A stretch of 64,000 bases of DNA, taken from contig NC_135762.1 in assembly GCF_052425735.1 (NCBI RefSeq), positions 27,900,001 through 27,964,000 on the forward strand, read 5' to 3'. The notes under the pieces were generated by a model that was given only the letters and a program-made list of their open reading frames with translations, ran no database searches and had not been told where the DNA came from. The stretch comes from Oculina patagonica (Eukaryota). The position numbers were made by a program, and so were the translations under genes. Shown here piece by piece: positions 61,001 to 64,000 of this stretch; the first letter of the stretch is position 1, and each line of letters begins with the position of its first letter.

Positions 61001-62534
61001 AAATTCTAATAATTATTAGAATTTGGACAAAATGCAAGTGAAATTATTTTCTAATTTCACGAGTATACCATTTGATTACATTTTAATGTCATAGGTGACA
61101 AATTACGCTTGCAATCGTAGGTGTTTTTGACTGTTACATTGCATCGCGATTTCTGAGCTTTGAAAAGTTGAAAGCATACATTTTGCTTAAGTCGCAAGTT
61201 TTTTAGTCTTTGAATACAGCCTTTCAGAGATTCCTTTTTGCTGTCGACAAAAAGTTTCAAAGATGAATCAACTGTCAACTATTTCTCACATTATGACCAT
61301 AGTTCGTCTTGAATGAACTGAAAACGGCGCCCGTGTAAAACGCTCACAAATCCGCTCGATGCCATTCATGTAATTGGCTAATTGTAAGACGTTTTGAAAT
61401 ATAAAATATCATCAAAAGTTTTATTACATGGCCAAGGCTAGCTGGCTAAGATGAAATTCAAGCGAAAATGTACAAAGTTTAAGCTTTAAAACATCTTTTA
61501 TTACGGACGCCATCTTGCCACTAACTACGTTGCCATGGCAATTTTATAATTTCATATGTTAAATTATAAATTAACGTTGAAATTTCGCGCCAAAATTAAG
61601 GAGTAATTTGTCACCTATGATATTATGTCTCTTATAATTACATGATCTTATGTGAAATTTATTGGCCTACATACATCCCAGGCGTTTTATTTTCTTCAGA
61701 GCGAAAGTACGATACATGTTCTCGTTTTATTATTTTTTTTTTCGGCAGCCGTGCACATCGGCGAGCTTAGCCAGAAATTAACGGAGATAGAAAGGTAACT
61801 ACGTACCTTAACTGTTTTGCATATGGCTTACATGCATTAATTATGCATAGTTTTAAAATATTTTTTTGTGTTTTAATTTACCTTGATTCAAGCTTTTTTT
61901 TTCCTTTGTTTTAATCTCATTATTTTATTTTCCTTTGTTTTAATCTCATTACCAGACATAAGCATACCCAAAAACAAAGAAGATACAATTTGAACTAAGG
62001 ATAAAATTGAACCACCACCTATAAAGTATTCCGGGTACATTTGTACTTGCAATTAGAGGTTATCTGTGATAAATTAAATTGTGGAGACAGACTTGTTGTC
62101 GTTTTGATTTTGTTATTTTGTGTCAAGGACATTTTGTTTCGATTTTAACACCGGCTTTACTAAGTATCACCATTTCACTATTCGGAAACTCGCTTCGTAG
62201 AATTTTGCTTTTACTTTGACAGTTTTAATCGAGTTAGACGAAGACAGCGTATGCAAATTTGTCACAGTATCGAAATCGAAGAAATACTATTTTTACGTAA
62301 CATTGAGCACGCAGCGACAAATTGTTGCCTGCGATAATAATTTATGTCTTTAAAGCGTCAAAAATTTAAGCAACATCAGAGAGTTCAAGGAAACGAGACA
62401 AATGTGGAAAGCTAGAACCTACTTTGGATTAACCCAGGAATCGCATGGGATTTCAGCGCGTTACCCGAGTAAGGTAACGAGAAGAAAAATTATAACTTAC
62501 CTAAAACCACAGATGTTAGAAAACATTTCTTCAT
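52100..62534 (-). CDS. Small single-pass membrane protein with C-terminal PPxY; exons 62534-62501, 60694-60665, 52413-52100 (125 aa)
   Basis: Phase-1 GT-AG joins give MKKCFLTSVVLVLLSLLQEVEA-FNAST-FVGFFFLAIFVIGGLIFLVLCC-KDRK...GEPPPPYPGN, i.e. signal peptide, TM and PY motif. Confidence 0.75.
52465..52564. repeat. Compound microsatellite (GAAC/GAAT)n-(GAAG)n, left flank of the integrative element
   Basis: Direct reading of the sequence. Confidence 0.95.
52654..53332. repeat. Nested (double-hairpin) palindrome, candidate replication origin
   Basis: Four copies of ATGGCGGAAACGACGGATTTCGCGGATTTCGCGGAAATTTT in +,-,+,- orientation, separated by A/T tracts. The whole block is also self-complementary about ~52990. 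Confidence 0.9.
53577..54005. repeat. ~198-bp tandem repeat, 2.2 copies
   Basis: CTGATCA.(T/C)G.AAATAAT.GCGA.ATTAAATTC recurs at ~53577, ~53774 and ~53973. Confidence 0.88.
54081..54116 (+). promoter_or_regulatory. Putative Pol II core promoter of the helicase gene (TATA + Inr)
   Basis: TATAAAA at 54081-54087, TCAGT about 30 bp downstream (54112-54116), then ATG at 54122. Confidence 0.6.
54122..57269 (+). CDS. SF3 (D5/NS1/E1-like) helicase; predicted exons 54122-54329, 54434-54747, 55038-57269 (~917 aa)
   Basis: Walker A LIGAANSGKTS, Walker B VIFIDEA, motif C region MLLTAQ, Arg finger AMDRRL. A D5_N-like segment LIEVNEGQCWSI...SPYDP precedes these. Both GT-AG introns preserve the frame. Acidic/coiled C-terminus with basic LKRKR. 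The helicase call is firmer than the 5' exons. Confidence 0.85.
57611..59305 (-). CDS. Tyrosine recombinase with N-terminal C2H2 zinc finger and C-terminal Myb/SANT (TRF telobox-like) domain, 564 aa
   Basis: Catalytic set R (GSRP), K (FKTASKYG), HPTRYR, H (QKHS), Y (KVHY). Zinc finger CPIQVC...HVNTKH. Myb FTEEEDNFLKKGLKRYGFGQWTAILRDPDFKFQDGRTADSLKKR. Confidence 0.88.
   Translation of the reverse strand: MSKKCKINWSNIDGASPKPKRLHLEKNETDRLYHCPIQVCDHDGFQSQRGCRKHVNTKHSWFFYFDEKPDLGILAAYEREGASDVKSSEITVQTARVLPSFSVSSKIGESFVKWLTGSGGGCKKDRVAQQIVKRCFKFLKFCCEDEEELSFEVLDFSLCSHCLLFKFIDYLQDECKLGHGGRLGYIDAISELIDFRKINGASDTVLRNLSSTELYLKRARKTVAKMMRLQWTQDLDIETLDARGHWATMEELLEVVTFHLPRYENTVKTCKTIPGQVNPLDLTFATKFVAVYLFIKVKGSRPMTYQYLTVDMVKTAKANGGFIDQKKFKTASKYGFDSLILTDASMRVLESYINFVRPLLKPQCDFVLVTRNGGQHSKLGDVMSKLVFDAIGKYIHPTRYRQIVETQSLNLLTSTEQQILSEDQKHSSAVAKVHYQKQRSREVAVKAHECLQKLQGTKGSDLDKEVHTRFSATTSTISESVGTAESMSASSERDSPPKKQLQIQRNHRRVLKFTEEEDNFLKKGLKRYGFGQWTAILRDPDFKFQDGRTADSLKKRAGMKMQLV
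59618..59990. repeat. 63-bp tandem repeat, about 6 copies, rich in GGAAC/GTTCC
   Basis: TATCAATTTGGGAACAA recurs at 59681, 59744, 59807, 59870 and 59933. Confidence 0.92.
60284..60358. repeat. Compound microsatellite (AAGG)n-(GGAT)n-(GAAT)n, right flank of the integrative element
   Basis: Direct reading of the sequence. Confidence 0.93.
61085..61624. mobile_element. MITE-like insertion in intron 1 of the small PPxY gene
   Basis: Inverted ends AAT(G/A)TCATAGGTGACAAATTAC. Confidence 0.55.
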
Positions 62535-64000
62535 AGCTCAAAAACCGAATAGAGTCGATCTCTTTGGCCAAGTATATTATTGAACAAAATATTGCTCCCT
62601 GCTGAAGTTTGAGTGAAGGTTTGCGATCGTATGGATATTGGTCCTTGTCTAACTGTTATTGAAATGTGAAAAACCTCAGATCATTATCACGGAGGAATGG
62701 CCGCCCCCCTCAGCACAATTTGTATCGTTATGTACTAAATATTTAATTCTACCTTTGCCCCCCCACAGCACAGCTGAAAAAAAAATAAAGTAAAGCATTA
62801 TTTTTGTATCGACTCAAAACTAGGCTAGACCATTCTTTGACGATATAAAAGAAGAAAACGTACAAAAAAAAAAAAGAAAACTGAAAAAAAAGAAAAAAAC
62901 TTCGCTTGTTCAATTACAAAAACTCAAATTAATAAATTGTATTTTGAGTCCACAATAACGAAGACTAAACACTAGCTCGATAAATTGTAGTGTGCATTTT
63001 AGAAACAATAATGTCTAAAATTTAGTGTCTAATGGTCAGAAGTAACAAAAGAAGACAATGGAATTAGTGTAGTAGTGTCTATAAATTGCTAGTGAAATCA
63101 CTCCATTTCAACTGGAGATTTCACTCCTTATCAATAATATTGATCAAATCGACATCACGGTATCACAACGAAGTTGGAAAAAATGTTTAATACAACTCAA
63201 GATAATGCCAGACCATTTTCTAACGAAAGAATGCATGCATCTTTTTAAAAGCTCTCTTGTAGTAAATAAACTCTAGAAAACTAATGAATTCCGACTCTGA
63301 ACGACAAAACCCAAAACACTCAATTAAGTGACGCGAGGAGATTAACACTTAATAAACGCTAAGATTTCAATATAAGCTGTGCGCATGCTCAAGAATTATG
63401 ATCAGCATTGTCCACGTTATCAAGTTATAACATTAATATTAACTAATAATATTAATACATTATTAAGTAGTTAATCCTGGATGTAGGACAAATGTAGAGG
63501 CCAAAAACCCCAGACGGCAAATACTTTAAGGTGTCCTATAAAGACTATAAATATCGCTATAGACTAAACAATTGTCCCTAAAATTGAATATCTGGTGTGA
63601 ATTCAAAGTTCAAAGGGTTTTAACCAAGAGCAGGAGTAAATGTACACAATGGGACACTGGTCCAGTGGTGCAATTGTGATACTAATGGTTAATATTTAAC
63701 AGTGACGATGATGCACTGATGATCTATCTGCCTCTTTCGATTATAAGACTGGGGCATAAATGTGCTTAATCTTTTAAGTTCTTTGGAATTAACTTTGAAT
63801 GGTTTGAATCATATGCCTGTGAACCGATTAACACCACATGCACGATCCTGTACTGGGGCCGGTATTTCCACATATGGCGTGTCAGTCGTATGGAATTTGG
63901 TGTACTATTTTTCTACTGTGGCGGATTTTATCGCTCAATTTTGCCATGGATTAAATTCTATTGTTACTGTCAGACCACACTTTTACGCCATTTACATCTT

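Overview
AT-rich, intron-containing animal genomic DNA with two N gaps. The gene and repeat content suggests an anthozoan, probably a stony coral (inference). Host genes, reconstructed by hand from splice sites: two inverted intronless opsin paralogues (13.0-14.0 kb -, 47.9-48.8 kb +), a CHST11-like sulfotransferase, a two-CUB single-pass membrane protein with a PPxY tail, NUDT17, a frameshifted beta-helix/Cys-rich/multi-TM gene, and a 125-aa PPxY membrane protein. Mobile DNA: an intact ISL2EU transposon (THAP-DDE + SWIM-YqaJ, 55-bp TIRs, AT TSD) inside a ~1.7-kb tandem array, a Crypton-like remnant, many MITEs and a SINE. The main find is a 7.7-kb element (52565-60283) inserted in an (AAGG)n microsatellite within a host intron. 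It encodes a spliced SF3/D5-like helicase and a convergent tyrosine recombinase with an N-terminal C2H2 finger and a C-terminal TRF/telobox-like Myb domain. It also carries a ~680-bp nested palindrome and two tandem arrays, and its ends rejoin into a loxP/att-like site. No capsid, polB or DDE integrase is visible, so it resembles a plasmid- or satellite-like, microsatellite-targeting integrative element. Whether it is undescribed needs database searches.
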